Positions 48,901 through 62,300 of a DNA stretch of 64,000 bases are shown here, piece by piece. This DNA comes from Chrysomallon squamiferum (taxonomy: Eukaryota; Animalia; Mollusca). The stretch covers positions 10,354,001 through 10,418,000 of the forward strand of contig CM022674.1 of assembly GCA_012295275.1 (NCBI GenBank), given 5' to 3'. The notes under the pieces are model-generated. The model did no database searches and was not told where the DNA came from. It was given only the letters and a program-made list of their open reading frames with translations. The position numbers were made by a program, and so were the translations under genes. Each line of letters begins with the position of its first letter. The first letter of the stretch is position 1.

Positions 48901-51900
48901 AACTAAAAATGGCAGATTTGGAATCCTTGTCTTATTGCCTTTCTAACAATACCAATTTTATGAAGATTGGCCCAGTAGTTCCTGAGATATGAGGGTTCTA
49001 AGGTTGGTGGTCACACCCATTTTTGGCAAAAATCTCAAAATTCGGTGGGCCGTATCTCCCACACCACTGGTCTGATTGAGCTAAAATTTCAGATTTGGTG
49101 CTGTGGGATCCCAGTCAACAAGTATACCAAGTTTCATAAAAATCTGAGACGGTCGGGTTTAAACCATTGGGTGTTTTGACATGGAATGACCCTGTTCCAT
49201 CTTTGTAGTGATTCCAAGCAGATTACTAAGGGTAAAAAGAACAAATCAAGTTGGATGTGAATGAAATAATACGATGAAACATAAACACACCAGTAACAAA
49301 ATATTTGTTTTAAAATGAATAAATAGGTCAGTGTTACTTTAATGGACTGAATCTTCAGGTTACAAATTGAAAAAATATTCTTATCTAAGATAACATGTTT
49401 TGATTATTTTTATTATGGATTTTTCCTCCTCTCAGTGATTTGTTCTTCTCGTAGCTGAAAAATGGTAAACGAAGGTAACTTTTTGATGCCCTAACTCACT
49501 TTAAGCACTGAAAATGCCAAAATAATACATATGGGTAAGAAATGATTTTCTGTTTTTTCTTTATTCCTTCTACTCAATTCTTACTGCATGTTTTAAACTA
49601 AATTATACTGGAAAAAACCTGAACTGGCAAATTTTATTTCAATGATATTAATTGATAATATCATAGGATATAACTAAATAAATAGACAAAGGGAATTTTA
49701 AAAAATACATACTATTAATATTTAAAAACATTAAATCTCTTCCTAATGTCAAGTTAATCTCCATATGACACCAGTCTTGATGTTTTCAAAACCAAAAGTG
49801 AAGTGATGTTTACAGCTGTTCCCAGAGTTATTAATTTTCAGTTGTCATATCTGTATAACAAGATAATGCTAGAGTGTCTTGTGCGATTGCAAGATTGTTG
49901 CACATTTAATGGATCAAAAGAATGCACAACTTGATTTTAAAATAGTGCTGTCAGGCAAATTGCATGGAACAGATTCAACACATTATAGTATCATCAGCAT
50001 GTATGTAGATACACTACAATACCCAAAATACAGTGAAATGCATACAGAAAAACAGAAACATTCTCCCAAATACAATATGAGTATTCATAGTTTTGCAGAC
50101 ATATACACAACACATAAAAGAGAAAAACCTACTCTCTATACCACTGGTGTTGATCTGGACTACAGAAGTAACACATTAAGTAATTCATGTAGTTTTTACA
50201 ACTTGTGGTTGCTTTGTGCAGTGGATACATCTTGGAAAATACTGATGTCACTTCAGTTCGTTTACAGCATGCAGATGGGGCATACCACGAACAGTTCACC
50301 AGACCTTGCTGAACTGAAGGCAGACGATAATCATCTGAAAGAAGAAAATTTAATATAACACACAAAAACAAGTGGAGTAATAGTAAATTATTATTTATAT
50401 TTTTGAACAAAAACAAATGGCCTAATTTTGTTTATGCACTGAGATTTTATTTGTGTTGCCTCTGACTTATCTTGCATGTTAGTTTAATGAAAATATTTTT
50501 TTGATATAAATATTATTTTCAAAATCTATTTACTGGCATGGACTATCAGAATTCACAAAACCCATGAATTTAGTTTAGGGTCATTCCATGTCAAATCACC
50601 CCCCCAAAACAAAAATGTAAACCCAGCTGTCTTAGATTTTTACCAAATACCCTCAGTATACTTACTGGTGGTACAAATTGTTAAAGGGTCATTCCTTGTC
50701 AAATCACCCAATGGGTTAAACCCAACTGTCTCAGATTTTTATAAAACTTGGTATACTTGTTGACTGGAATCCCACAGCACCAAATCTGAAATGTAGGCCA
50801 ATCGGACCAGATGTGTAGGAGATATGGCCCCCAGAATTCTGACATTTTTGGCAAAAATGGGCATGACCACCAACCTTTGAACCCTCATATCTGAGGAACT
50901 ACTGGGACAATCTTCATAAAATTGGTATTGTTGAAAAGGCAATAAGACAAGGATTCCAAAGTTGCCATTATTGTTCAGTTTGGACAATTACACCCAGGAA
51001 ACTTTTAGTTAACATGTGGGAGATTAAATTTCAATAAAGGTTATCTCAATGTCATGTGATCCACAGCGTCAATTTCAAGGTCATAACAAAGGTCAAAAGG
51101 TCAGTGACCCCCAAACCCATTTTTGCCAAAAATCTCAAAATTCAGGGAGCCATATCTCCTACACCACTGGTCCAATTGGCCTACATTTCAGATTTGGTGC
51201 TGTGGGATTCCAGTCAGCAAGTATACCAAGTTTAATAAAAATCTGAGACAGTCGGGTTTAACCCATTGGGTGATTTGACAAGGAATGACCCTTTAACAAT
51301 TTGTACCATCAGTAAGTATACTGAGAGTATTTGGTACAATTTCTCATCTAATATATTGTTTCTTTCAAATTTCTATAACAGAGACTGGTAATAAAAAAAA
51401 TGGAGATACAGGACAGAAAATTATTGAACCACTAGCATTAGTAAGATATGTATAAATTATGCTTTTCTATTTTGCCAATGCAAGTTATTGGTATGCTATT
51501 CTAAGTTTTGAAAGAGACTGATGTTCAAAACAGAAAAAACACCGAACTATTAGTAAGGTGCGCACTCAAATTTTCATTTACCAATCATGGCTGCAAATGC
51601 ACTATAAAGTCATTGCATTTCGAGCCATCTTCTTCTCTTTCACCTGCCTTTCCATTTTTCGTTTTTCAGTGTAAATTTCACATTTCAAATATCACATTTC
51701 CTCCAATACCTTTTATATAACATAACATATCTTACATGTGATTTACAAATGGAAAAAGTAAAGTATAACACTTAACAGCAAAGTTTATAAAGTGGGATAT
51801 TGGTCGGTCTGAAACCTGTGGTAAGTCTTTGAATTGTATATCAATGTAACCTATGCAGTTGGAGTATATCTTGCTTTTGATGACTACAGTCAGAGACTGC

Positions 51901-53014
51901 AGTGTTTTTATTCACAGGATGCAACTCCACTGCTCTCACTAATACAAGTAATAATCCTGGTTGTCTTATATGACTTATGAATGGGTTAATTACTCATGAA
52001 AAATAACCTGACTGACTAATTTTCAAGAAATTAATCCTTTATTTTACATTTTCAATGAAGGATTCTCAACTATGAATATTCTCACTTAAAGCAGGCATGT
52101 GGCTCTTAGTCCTTGTGTGACAAAGGTTTGACTAATTAGTTACTAATTAAAATTTGAAGTTTAATGTCAACACTGGGTCAAGATTCTTGTCATGATGCTG
52201 TTTTGTATTTAATGAAACTTTGCCTATCTGTTTCAATTGATTTTATAAATATATCTTAGCCCACTGTTTCTGTAAGATTATTAATTAATTAGCATAAACT
52301 GAAATTATTATCAAACCAGATTCAAACTATGGAAAAACAGTACAAATCAAAAGTGATCAAACTTCCTGAAGAATTAAGATACATGTACCAAACAGAAAAT
52401 GTTTCCATGTTCCATCTTATAGTAGTAACAATGCCATTTCCACTGATGACATCTCAAAAATATATGAAAGATACTCCTGTAATTTATAAATATAAATATC
52501 ATCAATGTCACTCGACCAAAATTATGAAAATGCTTTCATAATTTATAATTTTCCTGAACATAAAACTGCCATTACTCCATTATTATTTTTTTCAAGTTAG
52601 CATCATAAATATGGTATAATTTTATAGTAGTTTCTTTTTTCCACTAATGCAGAAGTAATATAACGATATAGTATCATATACCTACTTTAAATTATTTTAT
52701 TATTATTAAAGTAATGTTATATTTACTTCATTTTAATAAAATGTGTGCGTGCGTGTGTGTGTGTGTGTGTGTGTGTTAATTTTGTTCAAATATGTTTATA
52801 TGCGTTAATCACTGAGAAAATAATGACAAATTCGGTGAGACGAGTAAATCCTATCACTTTATCAGTATCAGAACATTTAATTATTTGCCATCAAATGTCT
52901 AAACTTACAAAAGTACGAGCATTTGTTGCCTATTTCTACCACAGCGTTATCATCAGATGACATATGTATTACAGTTACTGACAGAAGAACTATAAAAAGA
53001 TAAATTGAACCCAT
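45944..53014 (-). CDS. Secreted/GPI-anchored folate-receptor-domain (Folate_rec / riboflavin-binding-like) protein, 186 aa
   Basis: Exons (minus) 53014-52909, 50334-50133, 46549-46470, 46116-45944 splice in frame (561 nt): signal peptide MGSIYLFIVLLSVTVIHMSS, CSYF..NCSWYAPSACC..SCKNYMNYLMCYFCSPDQHQWY..VCMDFCDTLYDECK..FCEAQ..NCF, then a hydrophobic tail ISIPVFCLILANFIQILAL. The Cys spacing (C.W...CC; C..CSP; C...C......C) follows the folate receptor family. Confidence 0.85.
47744..49192 (-). mobile_element. Sola2-like non-autonomous element with ~550-bp inverted arms
   Basis: Same TIR as 8190-10338; 4-bp TSD TGTT (47740-47743, 49193-49196). Arms 47744-~48290 and ~48660-49192 are near-perfect reverse complements. 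The spacer holds deleted transposase pieces in reverse orientation. Confidence 0.92.
50578..51291 (-). mobile_element. Rearranged Sola2-like element
   Basis: TIRs at 50578 and 51291, TSD TTTA (50574-50577, 51292-51295). A third internal terminus at 50686 is preceded by an inverted copy of the outer flank. Confidence 0.88.
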
Positions 53015-53604
53015 AATTAAAAGACATTTAGAATTTAAATTTATGTCCCCTATTCTAAATTAGTTTATATAAAATCGAAAAATCAAAATGATTTGAAAAC
53101 GGAATTATAAAAAAATAATAATAAATAGATAAATAAAAGAAAGAAAAAGGAAATAAAGTAATTTAATATATATCTATTAAATGAGAATATTTTTAAATGC
53201 TAATAAATTACTAGTATATGACGCTGATTTATTTATGAATATATTTAAAGTTAATGTTAAGAAAAAGAATGCTTTCGCTTTAATATTTAACTGCATTTTA
53301 TTTTGTACCAACAAATATTGAACTCGGACTTCTGGTTCGGTTTGCGGTAAAATTGTTGACACGGGATCGGATTATGTTAATGTTTATGTTTTTTATGCGA
53401 GATGCGAAAGACATAACGTACCATGTCACAGATACCGATCGATGTTACACGCTTTAGTACTAATGACAGATATTGCTTTTCATAATAAAAAGAAAGTCAA
53501 TGACAGTTAATTTTCTTGTAATTTATTTTTGAAAACTTCAGGAGTGAAATTTCTTATTTTTTAATAAACGCATAATTCTAATTTATGAATGTAGCCGGAC
53601 ATGT

Positions 53605-54186
53605 GATTCTAGGAAAAAAAGTCATATTTTTAATTAAGATTAAGAAATGAAAGACATTTTGTCTGAGTTTGTTAGTTAATGTTCTTTGATTTAGTGGTTT
53701 AGGCGGATGTTCCACCCAATAACACGAAGAAATTCGGCTAATTACAACTTGATCTTTTGAAGCATTTCCACCTAAACTTTTTTTTTTTTGCGCGTTGCAT
53801 GTTTGGTATACATGAACCCCTCATAACAGATTTGGTTACTACCCTTATTGGTATGAATAACTTCCATATTAAACATACTTCTGACACTAGAGCAAGCTAT
53901 AGTGATAATATATAGTGAAACACATTTTAACCTGTAATATTTTATAAATAGGAAGCCCTTTGTTTAAATCTATCCTAATCAGTAAGCTAAACATAATCCT
54001 GCCTAACTAATCCTAATTAATAAGTGTAACAAGTGACCACCTCTGCACAATATGAAGCCCCTTTCTTTAATCTATCCTAATCAATAAGCTTAACAACTAC
54101 CCCATACCACATTCAATACTTTTTTCCTGTGATTTTTTTTCCTATACTAAATTGTGACATTTTTCTGTGACTTTTTTTCAGTAACC
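53605..54186. mobile_element. Probable MITE with 8-bp TSD and GAAAAAAAGTCA subterminal inverted motif
   Basis: GATTCTAGGAAAAAAAGTCATA at the left vs TGTGACTTTTTTTCAGTAACC at the right. Flanks GGACATGT / GGACACGT differ only by a CpG-type change. Internal duplication GAAGCCC..TCTATCCTAATCA at 53952 and 54054. Confidence 0.5.
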
Positions 54187-54222
54187 GGACACGTACCCCC
54201 ATACACCCAGCAAATATATATA

Positions 54223-54361
54223 CAGTGGTACCGTGACTTACGAGTTTAATTCGTTCCGTGACCGAGCTCGTATCTCAGTTTGCTCGTATATCAAATCAGT
54301 TTTCCCAACTGAAATTAACTGAAATAATATTAATCCGTTCCAGTATCACAAAACCCTCCCA

Positions 54362-54404
<43 letters not shown>

Positions 54405-54958
54405 GTAGCGTGTTTTTAATGCATTTATAAATGACAAATATTGTATCAAAACAAAATAAAAGAGAATGTAAAGAAATAAATTGGTTTTGTAAAATATATT
54501 TATTTTGGAGATGAGACAAATTATTTTAACGCCTTATGCTGGAGTTACAGCCTTTATCGACTCCTTCAGCTTCAGAATGGTACATATCGTAGAAGTACTA
54601 CGCTCGTACTGTCTAGCCAAGTCGACTACATGCACACCTCGCTCATGTTTTTCAAGCTTTAATTCAATGGACATCATCTGCTTCTTCTTCTCAGCACTGT
54701 CCTTTGCATTCACAGAAAAAAGAAATTTGCCAGAACATTGCACAAAACACCGAGTACAACACAACAGAGATGGTTCCGCGGCGAGGTAACCACGTTAAGT
54801 AAACAAGTGATACCGAGGATGCTGGCCGGATGTTGTGTTGTTCGTTGCGCCAACTAGCGGCGGCGTATCTTTAGCTCGCTCATAACTCGGATTTTGGCTC
54901 GCAACTCAAAGCAAAAATCGACTGTAACTCGAAAAACTCGTAAGTCGAGGTACCACTG
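54223..54958 (-). mobile_element. TcMar-Tigger/pogo deletion derivative
   Basis: TA|CAGTGGTACC...GGTACCACTG|TA termini. Minus-strand fragment KKKQMMSIELK..KHERGVHVVDLARQYERSTSTICTILK is the Tigger N-terminal HTH. Confidence 0.92.
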
Positions 54959-56159
54959 TATATACATATATATGTACAATACTGTCACCCGGTGCAATTA
55001 TGGGTGAAGGCAGCACACTAGCCCTCTCAAAATTAACCAGGTTATATCCACGCAAATAAAATAAAATCTATCTAAGTTACGATTAAAACCGTTAAGGGTC
55101 TAAAACTCTCATCAGCTAATGAAATATAATATATATATATATATATATATATAATTCTGTGATAAGGCCATGTTAACAAAAGGTATGCAAAGATAACAAA
55201 AGAACCAACTAAAGGCGAATGTAGAAACTTGTTTAATAATTGCAATAATCATATTAGTGTATGTTACCTGTGACACTATCCATCTGTCTTCTGTCCTAAA
55301 TCACGAATTAGTTCGCACATTACTAATAATTGCTTCCTTTTAGGGCGAAACTAGAGCAGCCGAGGTCAATTCTACCTGACATTTATGCAATTTCTAAGTA
55401 AGGTTCGTAGTCCTGTTCACCAGGTTTATTTATTTTCTGAAATATGCCTCAGCAGTAAATATACAGTTACGTGGATAATATCACTTATGTAAAATTTTGG
55501 CTTCTTAGAACTAATATTAAAACTTAAAGTAAGACTGTCAGTGTCACCGAGTCAGTAAATGTTTAAAAATGCGGATAATATCCGGGATGTGGAAGGAAAT
55601 TTTATTTGTCACCAAACTGTTTAGCATCGGACTTGTAGCGATTTTTAGAAAGACAGTTGTATGTTTTTGTCTGTTGATGTTTAATTTAATAATTATTACT
55701 GTGATAATGATGATGATGATTAAAATATATTTGTTCATAAACAACTGGAGGCTGGGTCTTCATGTAATGATATATCATTTATATGTCTTTATTCATACAC
55801 TGTGTCACAGTGTGTGAGCCTGTCCATCTCTGTTGGGAAACACAAAAAATAATAATGTAAGAGACAAGAAGAAAGAACATCTATAATAATAATAATAATA
55901 ATAATTTAAAACAAAAAAGTTAGTTAATATTCCTTGATAAATACAGGCAAACATTCTGACAATTTTATTACAATTAAAATACATCATCATTTATATAACT
56001 GTGATTAAAAAAGACTATACATAAGAATCCTTAATTAAGACTTGGTTGATATCCTTTTGCTGCAATCTAATCAGAAAGTGAATTGCCAGAGGATATTTCT
56101 TCTCAAAATTGTAAACTGATTCTTCAACATTTTTTTATGGCTCAGGTTGAAGTACATTA

Positions 56160-57650
56160 CCTGGAAGTGTTGGAAGTAACAACTTAGAATGCAGTTCTTT
56201 CTCCTCTCCTCATTTTCTTTACAAACAACAAAGACTCAGTAAAAAGACTGTATTGAGCAAGAACAAACACACACATCATTTTCACAGCTGTCAGCTAATT
56301 TATGTCTTTATCAAAAGCAATATATGGAAACAAAAGCCTGTTACCAACTGATAAAACAGCAGCTCTAGCCTTCTTTTTATATTGTATCTCCTGGCAGGAT
56401 TGTGATTTTATTCAGATGTTTAGATGCCAATTCATTAACATATTTCAAACTATTCTATAATAACTTTGATTATGTCAAAACCCACCCATGAGGTGTTCAG
56501 TGACTGTTGAAGATTTTTTTTTTTTTAAAGTTTTCAGATGATTCCAAAGTTCAGTCATCATCTTTTCAACAAAATTCACTCCTTTGTCTGATATATAATA
56601 TATTCTTTTAGAAAGAATATAAAGAAACTGATAAAAATCAGTTCAGCCTTATTGATCTAGGAAACACTGTATTATTTCAAATTATGAATACATACTGTGT
56701 ACCTACTTTGGATGGTTTTGGACAGAAAATTCATAGGTTAAGTTCAAGATTAGGGTTCAGTCATATTTGTTATTCATTTCACATACAGACTTGTATAGAT
56801 TTCTCAACATCTGTCCAGTAGAATCTTTCTTTCAAAAGTGAAATTGTTCTGTCCTTTCACAAAGACCAACATTACCATGAAACTACACAATGCTGTCATT
56901 CAACAAGAAGAAAATAATACCATCTAACTATAAAAAAAAAACATTCCTCAGCATTATTTGGAAACAAATGAAATTCATCAAATGTCCTTGCAACTGTAAA
57001 TTTTCAAAGAACTAAATTCTGCCTAGCTTGGTATTCTGGATGATGAATGGTATTTAAATTTGTATTTGTATTATTTTCTCAAGTCTTCAACATCTATGTT
57101 ACATCAGTTGTCTCTTACATCTGTTGTCATGTTTATTATTAGTATTAATCACATTTGCAGAAAAACTCAAATTCTCTCTATCTGGTTTGATGCATGAACC
57201 ATTTTGCAGATCACAGCAACAATATTTGCTTCTTGCTTCTTAGGAAATCATAACGTAAATATCTATACTTCACTGTGAAATTGTAGCAGGCTGAAAAAGA
57301 AGATAACCATTTATGGCATGTAACATCTAGATTAGCAATGTATGTCAGAGGATTTATCTGTCATAGCAACAAAAATTATTTAAAAAAAACCCCAGTTGTA
57401 TCTTGATTTAACATTACAGGATTGCTCCAAATCTTTCACTCATAGTGCCTGTGTAAGAATCAAATAGTTTTGTGTAGACTGGATCTTCCAAAATAGGAAG
57501 TATCAACAAACATGTTTTTCTTGAAAGCTTCATCTTGTTCTGTTCTCCATTTCCATACTGTATCAGATATAGATTCCTGACATCATCATTACTAGGAAGC
57601 ATCTTTGTGCTTAAGTTCTGATAAAGGTTTAAGACATCTTTGAAAAAATC
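56160..57650 (-). mobile_element. Decayed Gypsy LTR-retrotransposon pol (RNase H + integrase)
   Basis: Broken minus-strand translation in correct Gypsy order: YTKLF..FGAIL, MTD.NPLTYI.ANLDVTCHKWLSSFSA.YNFTVKYR, RTISLLKERFYW, MNFLS..PSKVG, SDKGVNF..MMTELW...EHLMG, YKKKARAAVLSVGNRLL. Confidence 0.8.
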
Positions 57651-57721
57651 CTTGTCAAACTAATGTTTTATTTCTTTCAGTATTTTTTCTTTTTCTTTCA
57701 GATGACAATTAATTGTTTGTC

Positions 57722-58751
57722 ATGAATCAGACACATAAAGACATTCTACGAACTAAAAGAACTAGGATTATTGAAGAAATTCATGATATAAAAAGTATTG
57801 CATATGCCTTGGAAGAAAATGGAATTATTACTAACTTTATGTTGGAAGAGATTATGGTTAGTGATAACTTTGTTTATATCTTGTTGTTTAATACATGTAA
57901 ATAGAGGTATTTGACATTCCACTGCACATCTGCCCACTGCTGGGTAATTCAAGGACGAAAATTGCCCTATTTGCAAATTGGTGGACAAAAGCAATCATGC
58001 TGTAATGGGAGGCCATGACCATTGTTCAGTTATTAACTGTTCCAATCACAGAAATCCAGGAAATGCATATCAGAAATGTTTGTGGGTAATTGCATTACAC
58101 AGAAATGAAAAATAATATATTGTTACTGCAACTAGTTGAAGTGTTTGTTGCTTGGAGTCACAAATACTTAGTAGGGTTTGTACAATGTAGGTGTTTGTAT
58201 GAGTATACGAGTAACAGTACAGTCTTCCATATACAATTATATATTATTCCAAGCATAAAGTATGTATACTTGTGCATGTTTGTACTAATTACACCTAACA
58301 ATAACTGTAATAGACACGTAACTGGTTTTAACCTATAATGAAATAAGTTTCTCACATTTCCTTCATAAACAAAAGATTTAATTAAACATGTGCATGTTTT
58401 GTTTGTTGAATATAGTATGTGGCCATGTTGTCAGTGTTTAGTCAGAAATGTGTCTGCAACCAAGTAGTGAATACTCTTGCAGTAAATGGTATGACTACAA
58501 AGACTTGCCGAACAATCAAGTTATTGCCAATGTTTGTAGTGCGTCTGTGGCGGATGGACACCTGTTAGCCTTGATCTGTACCTGAATTGTTTTGAGAGGT
58601 TGTTTTGCAATTATACTTAGTGTATGTACATAAACATCCACCATTATTAACATATGCTTATGTATATACATACATACAAATTTGTTTATATATATATACA
58701 CATGTATAAATATATACACATGTATAAATATATACACATGTATAAATATAT

Positions 58752-58788
<37 letters not shown>

Positions 58789-59300
58789 CATGCAAACACA
58801 TGCTGACCTGTCAGAAAGCGTGCCCATTGTAGACATGCTTCACAACAGCTTGCTCTGATTAGCACATTAATTTTTTTTTTCACTTCACACACACACACAC
58901 ACACACACACAGATATACAGTGGTACCTTGATTATGAGTGCTCCAACTTATGAGTTTTTCGAACAACACAACATCCGGCCAGCATCCCGTGTCTCACTCG
59001 TTTACTTCACATGCTTACCTTGCCACGGATGCATCTCTGAGTGATTTTGTGCAGTATTTTGCCAAATTGCTTTTTTCTGAAGGATACAATATTTCTCATT
59101 TATAAATACATTTTTCTTATTTAAAAACATGTTAAAAAAAAAAAAAAAAAAACCAACAACAAATGGGGTGGTTTTGGGGGGGGGCTTGGACGGATCAATG
59201 GTATTTCAATTAATCTGAATTAGGAAGATTGATTTGATATTTGAGCAAATTGAGATACAAACTCGGTCACGGAATGAATTAAACTCCTAAGTCAAAGTAC

Positions 59301-59351
<51 letters not shown>

Positions 59352-62300
59352 CATACACATACATAATGTGCTGAGACGCACATATACACTGTGATGTTGC
59401 CATGGGGGGTATTTACAATAGTTATGCATCCACATGTTTCCAGTAAACAAATTGTATATATCCACCTGAGAAATATTTATACATTTTTAAACTTTTAAAT
59501 GCTTGTATGGAATCCCTGTCAAATGTTTTGTTTGTACTTTTTATGAAAGTTTTTTAATCTGGTGTTACCAAAATCCTTTGGTTCATGTCGCAGAGATTTT
59601 GTCACCCATGATAACTTGTTTGTCACACCCCTCAGTTTGTCAAGGGATGTGCATATATGCAGTAGGAATGCAAAATACCTCTGTTCACAGAAAATTTTAT
59701 TCAGCTTTTGTTAATAGTTCATATATACATTTGAAAGTACTGAAATATATTTATGCTTTTAAAAACATTTTAAAATAGTTTACATTTGTGTCTTTTTTAA
59801 TAGATCTTTAAAGTTCTTTTTATATCATATTCAAGTCTCTTAAAATAATTTTCGTAAAACATCAGCTAAGTTCAGCATAAGACAGAAATACAAATGCATA
59901 TTAAACAAAACACAGTAGACAACCATTTCTTTCAGTCATCACTTTTTCTTTCTTTTCTCACTCTTTTTTTCTGCCTTCCTTTCTTTCTCTGTTCCAACAT
60001 GCATACACACACACATACATATGCGTGTGTGTGTGTGTTTATGTGTTTCATCAAAATATTTATCTCACATGAATAATATATTCAAAATACATACATACAG
60101 CCAGACATATACACATACATACATTCATACATATATACATACCTTGGTGTATATATTATATATATGTATATGTCTCCTTATCTAGGCTAAATCTACAGCT
60201 ACTGATAAGAAAAGAGAACTGCTTACTACTTTGCCAAGACGAGGAGAAAATGCATTTGATAAATTTTATGAAGTCTTAGTCAGCTATGATGAGTGCTCAG
60301 CTGCAGATATTTTGAAACCAGAATTAGCTGCTAAAAGGAAAGCCAACAAAATACAACAACAGAACACAGTTCAGCAACCAGAAGCACAATCAGTTCATTC
60401 ACAACTAATTGAAGAAAATGATGATCTGCCAGAAAGTAAGTAATGTTTTTTAAGTAATTATTGTTGTTAAATTCGTGTTTTTTCTTTTAAATAATTATTA
60501 TTGTTAAATCATTTAATAATTGTTATTAAACTAATGTGTTTTATTTTTAAATAATTATTATTTTTAAATTTCTGTTTTTCTGTTAAATAAGTATTGTTGT
60601 TAAATTCCTGTATTTTTCTTTTAAATAATTATTATTGTCAGAGGCCTCATGTTTCCTTTGAATAGTTACTATTAGTAAACTCCTACATTTTATATATTTA
60701 TTTTTATTTATTTACTCTGTTTTTCTTTATTTTATTTTATATTTTTGTATAATTAATTTTGCTACACTATTTTTTGGCCCATTTTGGAAATGTTACTTAG
60801 TATATAGCAATCTGTGGACATCAACTGATTTCATTTTCTGTAAGATCTTTTTCAGACCTGGCTTTCAAAATAAACATATATTTCATAAATACTGATTTTA
60901 TCTTTCAAACAACAGCACCTATATCCTGATTGATAAAAAAAAAAAAGAATATCAGAAAGAATAGAAATGCCTAACCAAGGAGTTGCCACCCAGTTGATAG
61001 CAAAAGCAAAAATATCTATTTTATTGAATTCTGAAAAAAGTCAGATAGATGAACAAAGAAACAGAGTTAAATGGAAATATATAGATTATATAGACAGAAA
61101 TAATGAAACATTTTCAATTTGCAGATTGACTATAGTTTTATATAATACAAAAAAAAAAAAAGAAGTGATATTGTGTTACAGACTTCTGTTTTATGTAATA
61201 TCTTGTACATTATTTTGAGACTAATAATTTGTTTTGTCTTTATAAGAATGGCCGGATGAATCATTAATTGATTGTGAAGTCAGTGTTAAGACATGTGATG
61301 TCCCTGGTCCAATGTGTGAACTATTTCGGAGGTCTCAAGACCAAAGTTCAAGGGTAATTTTTCTTTTATGTATGTCTATGATCTGATATGCACAACAATT
61401 GGTTCTTTTCAAATAATCAGTCTATTTGGCTGCTGATATATATATATATACTTATAACGATACTGTGATATTGTTCAATGGTTTCTTTCAGATATATCTG
61501 TAATCTTAAAAGGAAAGCCTTAATTATTTCATTGTGTTTATTTGTGTTTTGTGTGCGTCACTGTGTGTTAGGTAGAAGTTCTCCATCTATTCCATAAATA
61601 GACGTATGTGTGCGTTTTCTGTGTTTGTGGTATTTGTTGTTTTTATGTTGTCTGTTATTAGTGGTTTGTATCTGCTTGTGAGTTACATATGTGCTTGTTG
61701 TTCTTTGTGTTTGTTTTACTTGTGTTGTGTCTGTGTTTCTTATCTTTGTGATATATTATCAGTGTATATGGATGTGTTGTTCTTTGCATTCGTATTATTT
61801 GTGTTGTTGTTTGTGGTTGTGTTATTTTTGTTTGTGTTTGTTATTTGTGTTTATTGTGTCTGTTTTTTTGTATGTTGTTAATGTGCATGGATATGTTGTC
61901 ATGTTTATGCTATTTGTCTATGACTGTATATCTTATACTCAGACTGTGTAAGTTTTTAACTAAGTTGTAAAATTAATGTCTTTTCAAAATTATTTAATGC
62001 TGTCATAATTAGATTTATCATTCTATTATATTATTGTTTAATTTTTTCTTATTGATATCATTTATTTTCTTAATTGATAGTAGTAATAATATTACTGTTA
62101 TTCACTTATTGTTGCTGTTAATGTTAATGTTTATAATTAACATCATCATAATTATAATTATTATTATCATTATTTTTATTATTTTTATCATCATTATTAT
62201 TATTATTACCAGTATTAATAATAGTACATTAACTGTACTTATTTCTCATAGGATTTACAAAAATCAAAGTGTGCCACGAGGTAAAGCTGTAATAATCAAC

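Noticed and set aside
49879-50358. 159-aa plus-strand ORF
   Set aside because: Antisense shadow of the folate-receptor-domain exon plus intron; no motifs.
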